This document shows positions 39,775 through 53,254 of a DNA stretch of 64,000 nucleotides, in pieces. Position 1 is the first letter of the stretch; each line of letters opens with the position of its first letter. This DNA comes from Octopus sinensis (Eukaryota). Where the stretch lies: positions 24,241,360 to 24,305,359 of the forward strand of contig NC_043019.1 in NCBI RefSeq assembly GCF_006345805.1, read 5' to 3'. Below the pieces are notes generated by a model that was not told the DNA's origin, did no database searches, and saw nothing but the letters and a program-made list of their open reading frames with translations. Both the position numbers and the translations under genes were made by a program.

Positions 39775-41246
39775 TTATACTGTTAAGTTTCACTCCATGG
39801 ACCGTAGCCATGTTGGGGCACCGCCATTTACTTTCCTGCACTTTCACTAAACCTCCTCTGATGTGTGAAATTTATCGGAAGTGGGCGTTTGACGTTGTTA
39901 CCCTCACCTCTGTTTTTTGCCTTGAGGTAGATTCATCCGGAACTCTTGACTGAAGGAGGTCCAGTTTTATTTTGAAAAAGCCTACATCCACGCCATGCAG
40001 GCCTCTCAGGCTTTGTGGGAGGATATTGAAGAGTTGTGGGCCTTTGAAGTCCAAACTGTTGCAGTATCTGTTTGTGCCCTGATGACAATGTTGGGAGTTT
40101 TGGTACCATGCAGTGGCGCCTCATCCTGATTTTTATGTATCTGATAATGCCAAAGTTTGGTACAAGTTTTTCTAGGATTTTCAGATGCATATTACTGCAT
40201 ATCTTTTCCGCCTTCGCTACAGGGAGTAGAGTCTCAACTTTTTCAGTCTCTCCTAGTAGCTGATATGTCGCATTGTGTCAATCTTATTCGTGTAGCTTCG
40301 CCGGGTTGCCTCGAGTCCCGTCGTTAATTTTACAGTTTCTTCTATTCTGAAAGTTCGAAAGATCCATCCGGCCAAGTGTCTGCATGTTAATGCCAATTTG
40401 GTAATATGTACCTGGAAAGATGCATCATCATAGGTCACGTACCAATTTCGGTTCAGGAATTGGAATCCCAAGTCGGCCAGTGTACCCTATCTGCTTTTCA
40501 TATATATTATATATATATATATTTATACTGTTAAGTTTCACTCCATGGACCGTAGCCATGTTGGGGCACCGCCATTTACTTTCCTGCACTTTCACTAAAC
40601 CTCCTCTGATGTGTGAAATTTATCGGAAGTGGGCGTTTGACGTTGTTACCCTCACCTCTGTTTTTTGCCTTGAGGTAGATTCATCCGGAACTCTTGACTG
40701 AAGGAGGTCCAGTTTTATTTTGAAAAAGCCTACATCCACGCCATGCAGGCCTCTCAGGCTTTGTGGGAGGATATTGAAGAGTTGTGGGCCTTTGAAGTCC
40801 AAACTGTTGCAGTATCTGTTTGTGCCCTGATGACAATGTTGGGAGTTTTGGTACCATGCAGTGGCGCCTCATCCTGATTTTTATGTATCTGATAATGCCA
40901 AAGTTTGGTACAAGTTTTCTAGGATTTTCAGATGCATATACTGCATATCTTTTCCGCCTTCGCTACAGGGAGTAGAGTCTCAACTTTTTCAGTCTCTCCT
41001 AGTAGCTGATATGTCGCATTGTGTCAATCTTATTCGTGTAGCTTCGCCGGGTTGCCTCGAGTCCCGTCGTTAATTTTACAGTTTCTTCTATTCTGAAAGT
41101 TCGAAAGATCCATCCGGCCAAGTGTCTGCATGTTAATGCCAATTTGGTAATATGTACCTGGAAAGATGCATCATCATAGGTCACGTACCAATTTCGGTTC
41201 AGGAATTGGAATCCCAAGTCGGCCAGTGTACCCTATCTGCTTTTCA
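39773..41246 (-). mobile_element. Decayed CR1/L2-group LINE 3' fragment, tandemly duplicated (39773-40500, 40521-41246)
   Basis: 748-nt period; duplicated ORFs in the track (e.g. MDFKGPQLFNILPQSLRGLHGVDV). Confidence 0.9.
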
Positions 41247-41280
41247 TATATATATATATATAATATATATATATATATGT

Positions 41281-43800
41281 ATTTGTTTTTCTTTATTTTT
41301 TATTTCATCTAGTATCAGCTCACGAGCTGTGGCCATGCTGGGGCACCGCCCTTTGGTGTTGCTACATAATTTTACTTTTTAGCAATTGACATTTGATGCA
41401 TGGGAGAGATTGATACAGCTGCCCTCATCTGCACCTCCTTCTGCGAAGTTGGTTCATCTGGGACACCTGACAGAAAGAGGTCCAACTTTACTTTGAAGAC
41501 ACCTACATCCACCCCATGCAGGTCTCTCAGGTTCTTCGGGGGGATATTTAAGGGCTGCGGCTCTGAAGCCCAGGCTGTTGCAGTATTTTGTCCTACATCT
41601 TGGTGGCAAATTTGGAGTCCTTGGCACTATGCAGTGGCGCTCAGTTCTAGTATTTGTGTAACTCTCGATGTCAAAGTTTGAGACAAGTCCTTCCAGAATT
41701 TTCCAGATGTATATTATGGCATATCTTTCTCGCCTACGCTCTAAGGAATAGAGTCTAAATATCTTGAGTTTTCCCAATAGCTTATATGCTGCACAGAGGC
41801 TATCTTCTTCGTGTAGCTTCGGTGGATTGCCTCAAGTTCTGAGATTAATTTGACACTCGTTGGTGATCATAGCTGAGAGCAATAGTCAAAGCGGCTTAGG
41901 ACAAGTGTAATCTAGAGGACCATCATAGTTTCCTGGTCTCTTGTTCTAAAGGTTCTAAGAATTCATCCAGTCAGCTGCCTGCATTTCATTGCCAATTTAG
42001 CAACATGCACATGAAAGGTTGTATCATTACTCATGTAAATGCCCAGGTCTCGCACTGACTGTGCCTCTGGGATTGCAATCCCCCCAGGTTCAGTGTATTT
42101 ATTGGGTATTGCATTCAGTTTTGTATGCTGATAGCAAAAGGCTTGAAACTTTTCAACATTAAACTGCATGCTATTCTTTTCAGTCCACTTGTATATTTTA
42201 TCCAGCTCACATATCAGGTGCATAGTGTCTTCGGGGTTCTGTATTACTGTGAGACTTTTGTATCATCTGCATAACTTGTGATCGTGGCTCTCTTTGTGGC
42301 TGATTGCATGCCTGAGAGGGCCATTATGAACAGTAGTGGTTAAAACAGTGCCTTGCGGAACACTGTTCACTATTTGCGTGTCATTGGAGGTGGCCCATTG
42401 GCTACAACCACATGACTTCTATCCTTCAGAAAGTTATGAGGCCATTCTCCCAATTTTCCAACTATGCCGAGATCACGCAGTTTGTGACATATCATTCCAT
42501 GATCGATTTTACCAAAGGCCTTTGCAAAGTCGAGATATATCATTTCCACATTTCAGTAGTTTAGCAGCTGTTTCAGCACCAACTCATAGTGTTGTAAGAG
42601 CTGAGTTAGGCAGTTTCTTCCTGGTCGGAAACCATGTTGGGTGTCAGGCAGTAAGTAATTTTCTTCAAGGAATACGATTAGTTTTCTTCTGACTATTTGT
42701 TCCATGATCTTGCTGATGTATGAGGTCAGAGAGATAGGTCTGTAGTTCCTCGCCTCAGCTCTGCTACCTCATTTATGAATAGGGCATATTCCACCCTCCT
42801 TCAGTTTTCTTGGAAGTTTGCCAGTTGCAAGGAAGCTCTGAAAGAGGAAATGCAGTGGTCTTGCTAGGACTCTCTTACATACTATTAGAAGGATTTCTGG
42901 GAATCCATCGGGGCCAGTAACTGAGTTCGGGTTCATTTCATCTATAGCTCTCATTACATCGTCTTCCTTTATATTGATGTAATCGATCATTATTGCCTCT
43001 GATTTTATATCTGCAGTGGTAAAGAAGCCAGTTGGATTGCTAACTTGAAAATGCCCTAGGAGTGGAGTGAAAATACTTTTGAATTACTCATTTAGTATTT
43101 CACTTATCCTCATTGGATTTCCTGTGAGTGTACCATCATTTTCGAGGAGTGACCCTATCCTGCAGTGCACCGAAGCTGTTTCTTTGGCGAATTTGGAGAG
43201 AGCTCTGGGGTTAGATTTTATATTGTCTATAGCTCAGGACTCTTTGTCTGCTCATTATTTTTCATGGGAGAGTTGCAGATTTTTTTCAATCTCCAGGCGG
43301 GATTCTTCACTGTTTTCAATTTGTTTGTTTAGGCGATTTGAAACTTGTGTACGCCGTCTCATATGAATTTCATCTCTCTGGGGATTTTTTTCTTGTGTAT
43401 AGTGGCCTTTCTCTCCGGGACACATTTGTAGCATATGGCGTGCATTACAGACTAGAATTGTTGAAGTTTCATGTCGATTTCCGGTGAGAAGAGACATTTA
43501 GGCCAGTTTTGTTTGAGGATCTTTTTCTCAATTTGTTTCCAGTTTGCCTTATGGAAGTTCAAGTTGGAAAGATTCTGAGAGTTTCTTCTAGGCTGCATGT
43601 TCATGCTTTCCTTTGGTCCGTACATAGTCAGCTCTACCATGTTGTGATTCGAGAGTAGCGTCGGTGTGATTTTCACATTATGGATGAGATCCAAATTATT
43701 TGTGAAGCAGAGATCCAATATGTTACCTGCCCTGGTTGGTTGGAGTACAACTTGTTCTATGTACAAAGTATTGATGAGGTTCAGGAGAGACTTCACGTGT
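41281..43800 (-). mobile_element. CR1/L2-group LINE copy B, same subfamily as copy A, antisense, 5'-truncated
   Basis: Reverse complement aligns with about 17665-20190 (roughly 90% identity in the stretches compared by eye); multiple stops and frameshifts; (TA)n at both ends. Confidence 0.93.
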
Positions 43801-43805
43801 CTTTG

Positions 43806-43839
<34 letters not shown>

Positions 43840-44207
43840 ATATATATACATACATACATACATACATAAATACATATATACACACACATATGTATATAGA
43901 GATAGAGATAGAGAGAGGGACTGGCAGAGAGAGAGAGAGGGAAACATATACGTACATATATACAAATATATACACTAACACATATATTTGAAAGTTTGCA
44001 CTAGCATCGTTGCATTCCTTTTCGTCTTGGGGGACCTGAACGCGACCAGGGTTCGAGGCTATTGTAGTCGAAACTTTTAACTGGGAAGGTACGGAAAATC
44101 TACACTTGTATTTACTTTTGGTTACTGCATATGTAAGCAAGAAATAGGTAAATCAATTCCAATGTAGATAAATGCATACACACGAGTGCGTGCACAGATT
44201 GTACATA

Positions 44208-44285
<78 letters not shown>

Positions 44286-44545
44286 GATGAAGAGTCTAGG
44301 TCAATTTTTTTCTCTACATCTCCGCATAAAATTTACGTTTTGTCTCCGATGACGGAATACCCAGTATATGGAAATGTGGATGAACTATTTGGGATATCCC
44401 AGAAATGGCTGTCTATGATTTTAATTTTTTACTTACTTCGCTTTAGCATTAAACAAATTTAATTAACTGATAAGCGTGTACTGCTTTGATTAACTGATTT
44501 CCTCTTTTTTAAATTATACACACACACACACATATATATATATAT

Positions 44546-44597
<52 letters not shown>

Positions 44598-44602
44598 ATA
44601 TA

Positions 44603-44664
<62 letters not shown>

Positions 44665-44872
44665 TATATACATATATATTTAAAAATTAATACGGAAGAC
44701 GGAGTGTAACTAGAAGCATTTATTATTTATTACCACAACAATCTTTGGCTTCATTCTGCACTGTTCCCTAGTGGGCGTGGAACGATGTAATATCACCAGA
44801 TGCAATGTACAATACAAAAGAGCCTCATCACGCGACGTTAGCTGTATATGTATGTGTGTATATATATGTATG

Positions 44873-44979
<107 letters not shown>

Positions 44980-45369
44980 ATGTGTATGTGTTTGTGTGTG
45001 AGTGTGTGTTTGTCTGATTGTGTGCGTTAACCAAAGAAAATCGGGATATATGAGATTTGAATATATGTATTTAACCTTCCCATTATGGTCATTTGTATTT
45101 ATGTATTTAACCTTCCCATTATGGTCATTTGAAAGCTTTCATCATATAATGGTAATTTCAGTGTCTCAAATTATTTTGCTCTAAGAGAAAGGCTGCCCTC
45201 CGGGTGCTTTTCTGTTAGCCACTTGATAATATTTTGACATTAACATTTTAAGTTGCATATTTTTTTGGACGCCCCATGTTGAATTGCAGAATTCTAATGT
45301 GATATTTGTGTAATAACGAAATCAAAACTGGAGTGTGCGCGAGTTTATCTTAGAGACAGTGTGTGTGTA

Positions 45370-45414
<45 letters not shown>

Positions 45415-46218
45415 GGAGAAAATTACAAACAATGAATGAAATAAAAATGAAATGCAAACATCGTATAAGTAAAAGCTCGTTAAAATCTATCTTGTTCTGA
45501 ATATTTAAATTTGTGAACTTAAAATATTCAAATAATAAAATGAAGTTCAGAAAATAAATTTTCATGAAAACTTCAATTTATAAAACATCTCACTTGCTTC
45601 GTAAATATTACTGTCAGTAATTTATTGTAGTTGTAATATATCTCTAATTTAAACAAACATTTTAACAAATCTCTAATTAAACAAATCTCTAATTTAAACA
45701 AACATGGGTTTCTAATTTAACCCAGATGTTTTTCCATTGGAGCTTGTTTTAATTGATTTTAATAGGAATTTTACTTTTGGAAATTATTGGATTTTTCGAA
45801 ATTATCATATTTCTTTACGGGATTGGATTCTTTTTCCTTTTTTTTTTCCTTTTACTTGTTTCAGTCATTTGTCTGTGGCCCCACAATCGCCATAAACAAT
45901 GTGGCCATAAGTATAGGGACTATAGAACGCTGGTTTAAAGATAATTATCAGAAAGGGTAAATATGTTTCAAATTTAGAATAAACGATAAAAAAATGTCAG
46001 TGACAGAAAAAGCTGGAGACAAAATACTTTGTTGTTAAAGGTTCAAATCATGCCGTGGTCAGTTTTGTCTTTCATCTTTCCAATCTCCATAGAATAAGCT
46101 TCAGTTAAATACTGAGATCGATTATTTCAACTACACCCCAAGCGCTCAAAATTTTGTAGCTATTTTCCCAGTGTTAGAAATTATAATTAACTCTTAATTT
46201 TATTTCATTTTTTACTAG

Positions 46219-46505
46219 GATGTCGTGAAACAGCTTTCATATATGCAATAACGTCAGCTGCAATATCACACGCAGTCGCTAGAGCATGTGCCGCAGGAAC
46301 TATTTATACATGTTCATGTGATTATTCTGCAAAACCACCAGGGTATGAAACTGCTTCTCCTGGCTCAAACAACTGGAAGTGGGGCGGATGTAGTGATAAT
46401 GCAAAATTTGGACATAAATTCGGACGGAGATTTGTTGATGTCGTTGAAAAAGGACAAGATATACGGTATATGATGAATTTACACAATAATGCAGCAGGTA
46501 GAGTG
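46219..46505 (+). CDS. Wnt1: Wnt1/wingless coding exon (equivalent of exon 3)
   Basis: Acceptor tttactag ends at 46218 and donor gtgagt starts at 46506. The phase-1 start completes Gly with the previous exon (G+GA). Translation: [96 protein letters not shown]. Not in the ORF track in this frame. 287 nt, ends in phase 0. Confidence 0.95.
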
Positions 46506-48691
46506 GTGAGTATATATATGTGTACAATTATTATACAAAATTAGAAAAGTAATTTCTATGCATTCTTCTGTTAATGAAATGTTCTAGTTTTTGATTTATT
46601 GACGTTTGTAGATTTGTTTTACAATTTTTCTGACCGAAATTTATGCTAACAGAGTCTTAAACTTTTGCAGTATTTAAGAATATTTCACGCTTCCTACATA
46701 GCACGCATCATTATCAAGAAAAAGTATATTCAAAATAAAATATTATCTATAAGTAATATCAATTCACATGTGTATAAAGAAGGATGTAATAACGATTAAA
46801 AAAGTGGAGAATTTGAAAATCTGTCGTTCTAAAACTGTATTTGATTTTAAATTTAGACTTAATGCGCATGTAATGAACAACTATTAATTTAGTATTCAAA
46901 TAAATTCGTTTAATATCAGAATATTTGAACAATAACATTCATCTTAAAATTCGTGTGGGAAAATGCAGTGAATTAAATTTAAGTTACATCACTAAAAATG
47001 AAAATCCGAAAGTGAAACCTCAATAACGCTATATAATCACATGAAGAACTTTCTAATTTCAACAAGTCTTGACTAAATTATATTGAAATAATATTTATCC
47101 CCACTTCAATATAACTTTTCCATAGGAACCGATGTTACTACCATTTTAACTTCAAGAGGACGCCTCCTCCAGCTGATTATTCGTTGCAATCTGCACCACC
47201 CGATATATATTGCAATCAGGGGGGGTGAACTCCTACCGTCTCCCAACTACGAGACCACCAGACCGTTCAGTTTCGAGCCCTTTGTGTTCATCCTCGTTGG
47301 TGGATACTCGTCCGGTAGAGATAGCAGTGGATCATTCCAGCTCGCAATATATAGAAAACAAGTGACACCCAATCACCGATCATGCAATAAGCAAATTAGC
47401 TAGTTAGAAAATCTCTTATAGAGATTTTGTAACTACCTAATTTGCTTATATCGAAACAACTCTCCATTTATAAGTGAATAGAAAATGTGTTTGAATTTTG
47501 GATATAAAGTGAGTGAAAATGAAGTTTTAGTTTACAACATTTTCTGAAAGTCAACATTTTCACATGCAAGACCTGAATGAAAACTTAATTCAGCAGCGAT
47601 TTTATATTCATACCAAATTTTGCATTCTGCAAAATGTTATTGATCTTCAGAATGTACAGAGGTGAAATGTCTCTGCTCTCTCGACTTTGTCCTCAGTTTC
47701 AGTTACTGTATCAGCAACAAATTATGGCAAAATAAAAAAAATAAAAAATTCTTCGAAAATACACTAAAATTTTTTATTGCTGTTTCTTATTACTGTTTGT
47801 AAGAAACAACAGAAACTTCTAAACTAGGTACTTTATAAACGGTTCAATCAGTTTCAAATTTTGAATATAACATTTTACCGGACAATCGTTTAGCTGCGCA
47901 CAAGCAAGGAAATACTCGAAAGTCCAACAAAGTTTTGTCATTCATCGGCGTCTTATGTATAAATCCTAATTGATAGGCTTTGCAGCTGGTGATATAACTT
48001 GATCTACATATGTAAAAGAATAGATTACGGTATACAGGAGAATGAGTTAGTGGATTATTTACAAAAGCAAAACTTATGACACGCTTTTAATCCTGGAATA
48101 TTTTTATATGTAATCGCCGGGAATAAAGAATGGTTGTGCTATTTACCATAGCTGGATACATTTTCTTTCAAAGGAAGTTCTTCATCCTCGGAACAAAATT
48201 CATTGTATGGCAAACGTCTCCATAAGAAACCTCATCACAGTTCTTTTTACTTAAAAAAAAACAGAATTCATAAAAATTAAAACCTGTTGCACTAGAAATA
48301 AAATTATTCTATGATATTATATATTATGAAACTGCTATTCATTGAGAAAGTTTTCTCTTTTCTAAACAGATTGTTTTTATCTGCATCACATTTGTTCAAT
48401 CAAAACACCTCAATTTAATTGAATCTCTATTTTCCTCTTCTAGGTTGTAGCATCATTTTTATCATATGTTCCTTGAACGATAGAACATTACAAAACCTCT
48501 CTTTCAGTGTTGTGGCAATGTTTTGAGTTAATGATAAAATTTTTTATCAGAACATTCTCATAAACAATCATTCCGTACTTCTCAAAATTTGAAAACCTAT
48601 CCAGATGTACAAAAGTAAAAACCGAAAATTATCGTTTATATTCCTAAAATAATTCATAACACATACAAGTTTCAATACATATACCATCACA

Positions 48692-48900
48692 GGTGGCGAG
48701 TTCGCTGTATCGTTAGTATGCCGCACAAAATGCTCAGCGGCATTTCGTCTGTCTTTACTTTCTTTGTTCAAATTCTGCTAAAATCGACTTTGCCTTCCAC
48801 CCTTTTGGTGTCGATAAAATAAGTACCAATTGAGCAATATGGTCAATATAATCAACTTAAGCGCTAATTCAAATTGTTGGCTTTGTGCCAAATTTTGAAG
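48692..48900 (+). mobile_element. Degenerate family M SINE
   Basis: ggtggcgagttcgc...gcatttcgtctgtc...gactttgccttccacccttttggtgtcgataaaataagtacc. Confidence 0.7.
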
Positions 48901-48984
48901 CCAATATATATAATATCGAAGGCAGCGAGCTAACAGAATCTTTAGAACGCTGGACACAGCATTTCGTCCGTCTTATGTTCGTAC

Positions 48985-49145
48985 TCGTGAATAACCAAAT
49001 TCGAGAAATATATCAAAGAAATCGGAATTGATATGAGACCAGAGCAAGCCTCCAAAACTGCTCTGCTGGGGACAGGTAGAAGTTTGAGATTGATACTTGA
49101 ATGTTGAATGTCTTCCACGATAATCAACAACCAGGTATCAAAGCT
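48985..49145 (+). mobile_element. R4/Dong-clade extreme C-terminal fragment
   Basis: Translates KTALLGTGRSLRLILE, like the QKTALLGTARILRKVL end of R4/Dong ORFs. Confidence 0.5.
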
Positions 49146-49245
49146 TATAATGTGCAAAAAGAGATCCTGTGAGACTTCTGACAACAGCTGCAGCCCGCTC
49201 TCACAAAATCAACCAGAGCTTTGAGTAGTAAAATAAAAATAATAA

Positions 49246-50093
49246 TCTTATTATAATGAGCGTTATCTCCGTCTCTCTGTTTCTCTGTGCCCTCTTCAGG
49301 ACCAAACGGCTGGACTAATGGTCACGATGTTTTCTGGGATTACGAAGGAGGTAATCAGGAACGTTTTTAGGTAAAAAAAAAAAAAGGTGGAAAACTATGA
49401 TTATTTTGTGGATATTATGGTTTATTGTACAGTTTAAGGGCATAAAAAAATTAAAATTGAGGGGGACATAACTAATAAAAAAATTAAAGGGAAGTAAGTC
49501 AAATTCTTACTATAATGAGCGTTATGCCCGTCTGTCTGTCTGTCTTCAATTTTCAGTCAAATGGCTGGACCAATGGTCACGATATTTTTCGTGATTACGA
49601 AGGAGGTAATGAGGAAAAATGTGAAAAAGTATGATTATTTGATGTATATTGAGCTTTGTAATAAATCACCTTTGATTTTTTATTTTGTTAAAATTCCGGT
49701 GACGAAGATTAACTATGGATCGCCCCCCTCCCTTCATACACACGATAATTCGCAAATTTAGAGGGTTTAGATTTCCGATACTAACCCTTTCTTTCCCATC
49801 TTAGATGGGCAGATTCCTAAAGAGATCCGTTCGCGCATTCACAGCAAACAAGGCACAAGGACAGACTTTAGATCGTATCGGTGTATTTTTACCCATTCCA
49901 TTGTTTACGTCGCTATTGAGGAACCATATTCCTCAATATGTAGGAGCCTACTTTTTTCTAAGTATCTATGCAGCTCACCGGCCAAAGCAACAGTTTCGAC
50001 ATTAGCGGAAGACGTTATTGGTTGAAAATTGGATGCAACATTACCCTTTTCTGGGTCTTGGCACATGGCAATGCGTTACCCATTGTCATCTAG
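49246..50093 (+). mobile_element. Non-autonomous Helitron remnant with a doubled 5' end
   Basis: A|TC start at 49246, second TC start at 49505 with homologous ~110-nt blocks; Pif1-helicase motif AFTANKAQGQTLDRIGVFLP at about 49830-49900; 3' hairpin ggcaatg-cgttacc-cattgtc then CTAG (50090-50093). Confidence 0.75.
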
Positions 50094-50269
50094 CTGGTTA
50101 CCTCGCCTTCCTGCAAGCACTCATCAAGCTGTTGCACTATCCTTTCATGGACCCCTCTCAGCTTCATCATCCAATAACTTTGGACCCCATCCGGTCCCGG
50201 TCTCTTCCAATTTGGGAGTTTCCTTAACTGTTTTTTTATCATTTTATCTTTTATTATTTTATCTTTAAG

Positions 50270-52151
50270 TCGTCTTGGCCTTCTATACTTCTTAACCTGT
50301 CGTGGATTTCATGTAGCCACTCCGCTTCATCATGTTTTACAGACTGGTCCTAGATTTCTCCTCCACAAATGCCCAGCTTTCGTCTGCACCAAGTATTATT
50401 GTTACATGTAATTGCCCATCTAGTTCCTAAAACAGCTTTTTTTCTGGTTTGCTTCAAACATGTTTTGCATGAATTGTTTTGTTCTATTGTTATATGTTTC
50501 CAGTTTTACTATCCTCTGCTTCAATTCTTCCAGTATCCCATCAGTCCCTTTATCCTGTATTCTATATGTTCTTTCCAGTTTTCTTATTCGTTCGTTCTGC
50601 AATTATCCTCTTTCCAATCTATCAACTTGTCCTAAATGTCTTTTTAACTTTGTTTGCTTCTCACAAATTCGTCTACGCTAGTATTGTTCTTTACCTTCTG
50701 TTTTTCTCTTCTTTTGTATCCAATTCTATCTACCATAGCTACAGCCCAAATACTCTTGTTGCTTTCAGTTATATTTCCCGTCTGAAATATTTTAATTTAT
50801 CTTTGAGCATGCATCGATCAATATCTTGATTGGGGGATGTTGATCCTGATCTTCTCTAATATATCGGCACATCATCCTCACTGTATCTTGTTGAGGAGAT
50901 TCCGACAACGCATGACAGCAAAATGGAATGAAATAGGACACCTCGAGATGAGTGAACAATAGTTAGCCGATCAGGCAAGAGCAATAAGCTCAAAACGATC
51001 GTTAATACACATGGAAATTGAAGAGTTAACATTAAAATAGAAAATAGTGATATTCTTGTGATATGTCTCTTCCCATTACTGCTGCTTCATTTGCTGAGAG
51101 TGCATTTACATTTACACTCTGCTCTACGTCGTCATTGCCGCCATTCATTTCTCTTTCGTCGCTAGGCACGTTATCTGGTGGTGAAGTATTATCACTGTTT
51201 TTGTTTTCCTGTTGATCTTATTGCTCATGTTTGGTCGGCTAACATTTGCTCGCTCATCTCGAAGAACCCTATTTCATTCCATTTTGCGTTGTCGGAAACT
51301 CCTTTTACTTGGTTTACTTCTGTTCCAGCTTCTGGTAAATAGCACAACCATTCTTTATTCCCGGCGATTACATATAAAAATATTCTAGGATTAAAAGCAT
51401 GTCATAAGTTTTGCTTTTGTAAATAATCCACTAACTCATTCTCCTGTATACCGTAATCTATCCTTTTACATATGTAATCTATCCTTTTACACAAAGCCAA
51501 CAACTCCTCTGCCTCTGGTTTTGTGTATAAGCACTCTCTGTATGACGATCGGGCCTGCGATGCTCAACCACAGGATACCTGCCGGGTAAAAGGTTTTCAC
51601 ATTTGGTTTCAGTCTCATTCACGCTTTTATTTGATACCCTTGTATTAGAAATGTTCACTCAATATTGAGGTTTGTGTTTTAAGATTAGCCACCAACCGGT
51701 ATTTTTATCGACACGCCATTTCTAGTAAGATTGTCAGCCAAGACTGTCGAGCTCATTCGAGACCGCTTTCATTCGCATTTCTGAATATTGGGGACCATGT
51801 TCATGATTCTCACTAGGAGATAGATGGACGTCGGTTGATCACGTACTCTCATCCAAACATTGCTCGGGTGTTAGGTCCCGATTCGTGGTTCATTCGACTT
51901 CATCCTAGGCATGGAACAGTTGGACACTGACAGGTTGTCACCAATGTGTTTAAAGGGTCCTATCTATCCCAGTTTTTAATCAGAGTGTTTCTTCTAGACA
52001 GCTTGCCAAACAAAGCTTACGACGTTCGTCTACCGATTTTGGAATAACCATTGAATCTCCTGAATTTCTCTTCTCTTTGCTGGATATTGTTTTAAATCAC
52101 GCAGATGTCCAAAGTTGACGTTCCACACCAAAGCTTAGTGGGGTTGCCGGT
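50270..52151 (-). mobile_element. R4/Dong-clade LINE, decayed 5' portion
   Basis: RIRKLERTYRIQDKG..ILEELKQRIVKLETYNNRTKQFMQNMFEANQKK and EQ*LADQARAI resemble the pre-RT region of Dong-like ORFs. The 5' boundary next to (TAA)n at 52152 is inferred. Confidence 0.5.
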
Positions 52152-52198
52152 TTATTATTATTATTATTATTATTATTATCATTATTATTATTATTATT

Positions 52199-52724
52199 GC
52201 ATGAGATAGCAGAGCGTGCCATCAAAGTGACTTTGGAGTAGGATATACAAAGCCCAGTAAACCCAGCTTAACTATTCGTCCATAAGGGTACGTCAGGCAC
52301 ATGCATCACAACCATATGTGCCCGACATGATTTCATATCAAGTAAAAAAGCTCATAACCTTGCAGGTGGGGCCCGGTTAGTATTTTCTTCATGTCCTTGA
52401 ATAAGGGTTGTTTAAGGATGAGGAATGAAAGGTGAATTATTCCAAAGGTGATCTATTCAAATCCCAAAGTCTCCCTCTCGACACATGACTATGATGCCCC
52501 TCCCCAATTTTTCTTCTCGTGATCAGAGATGCACATATCTTCAGCCACCAAAAGAAATGCTCAACTTGTTAAGATCAAACAACTAACAAGTAAATGTGTG
52601 CTATTGAGGAGAATATTTGCTTTACACCATCTTTTATACCAAGATAAATCAATGCACATGACAACACTTCCGATCAGTTAAGATCAAAGGCCATGTGGGC
52701 AACTGCCTGATACTATATCAAGGC

Positions 52725-52727
<3 letters not shown>
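52199..52727. mobile_element. Unclassified ~530-bp non-coding interspersed element (X), copy 1, (ATT)n on both sides
   Basis: Collinear homology with 52795-53249 (ccatcaaagtgac...ataagggtac..caggcacatgcatcacaac...gaataaggg..gtttaaggatg...acttcc). Confidence 0.75.
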
Positions 52728-52794
<67 letters not shown>

Positions 52795-53249
52795 GAGTGA
52801 GTGAGTGAGAGAGCAGTGCATGTCATCAAAGTAACACTGGGGTAAAATATACGAAGCCCAGCATACCCATCGTGACTACCCGTCAGATAAGGGTACACCA
52901 GGCACATGCATCACAACGATATGTGCGCGACATGGTGATCTCATATCAAGATAAACAGCGCATGACCTTTCAGGTGGGACCTAGTTAGAATTTTCTTCTG
53001 GTCGAGTAGTCCATCCCGCTCAAGAGGTCCCTGAATAAGGATTGTTTAAGGATGTTGAACGAACCACCCATGTTTCGAAAGGTGAATTATCCAAACCTCC
53101 AAGAATTACTTTCAACACACGGCTATGATACTCCCTCAACTGTTTAAGGCTAAACAACTGACAAGCAAATCTGCGGTATTAAGCAGAATATTTGCTGTAG
53201 GACATCATTTATACGAAGACAAAACAATGTACATGATAACACTTCCAAT
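52795..53249. mobile_element. Element X copy 2, truncated
   Basis: Starts right after the (ATT)n run at 52728-52794; diverged homologue of copy 1. Confidence 0.75.
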
Positions 53250-53254
53250 AGAAG

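Noticed and set aside
45060-45720. Short tandem duplications (31-mer twice near 45065; tctctaatt(t)aaacaaa three times near 45640)
   Set aside because: Ordinary slippage products with no further structure.
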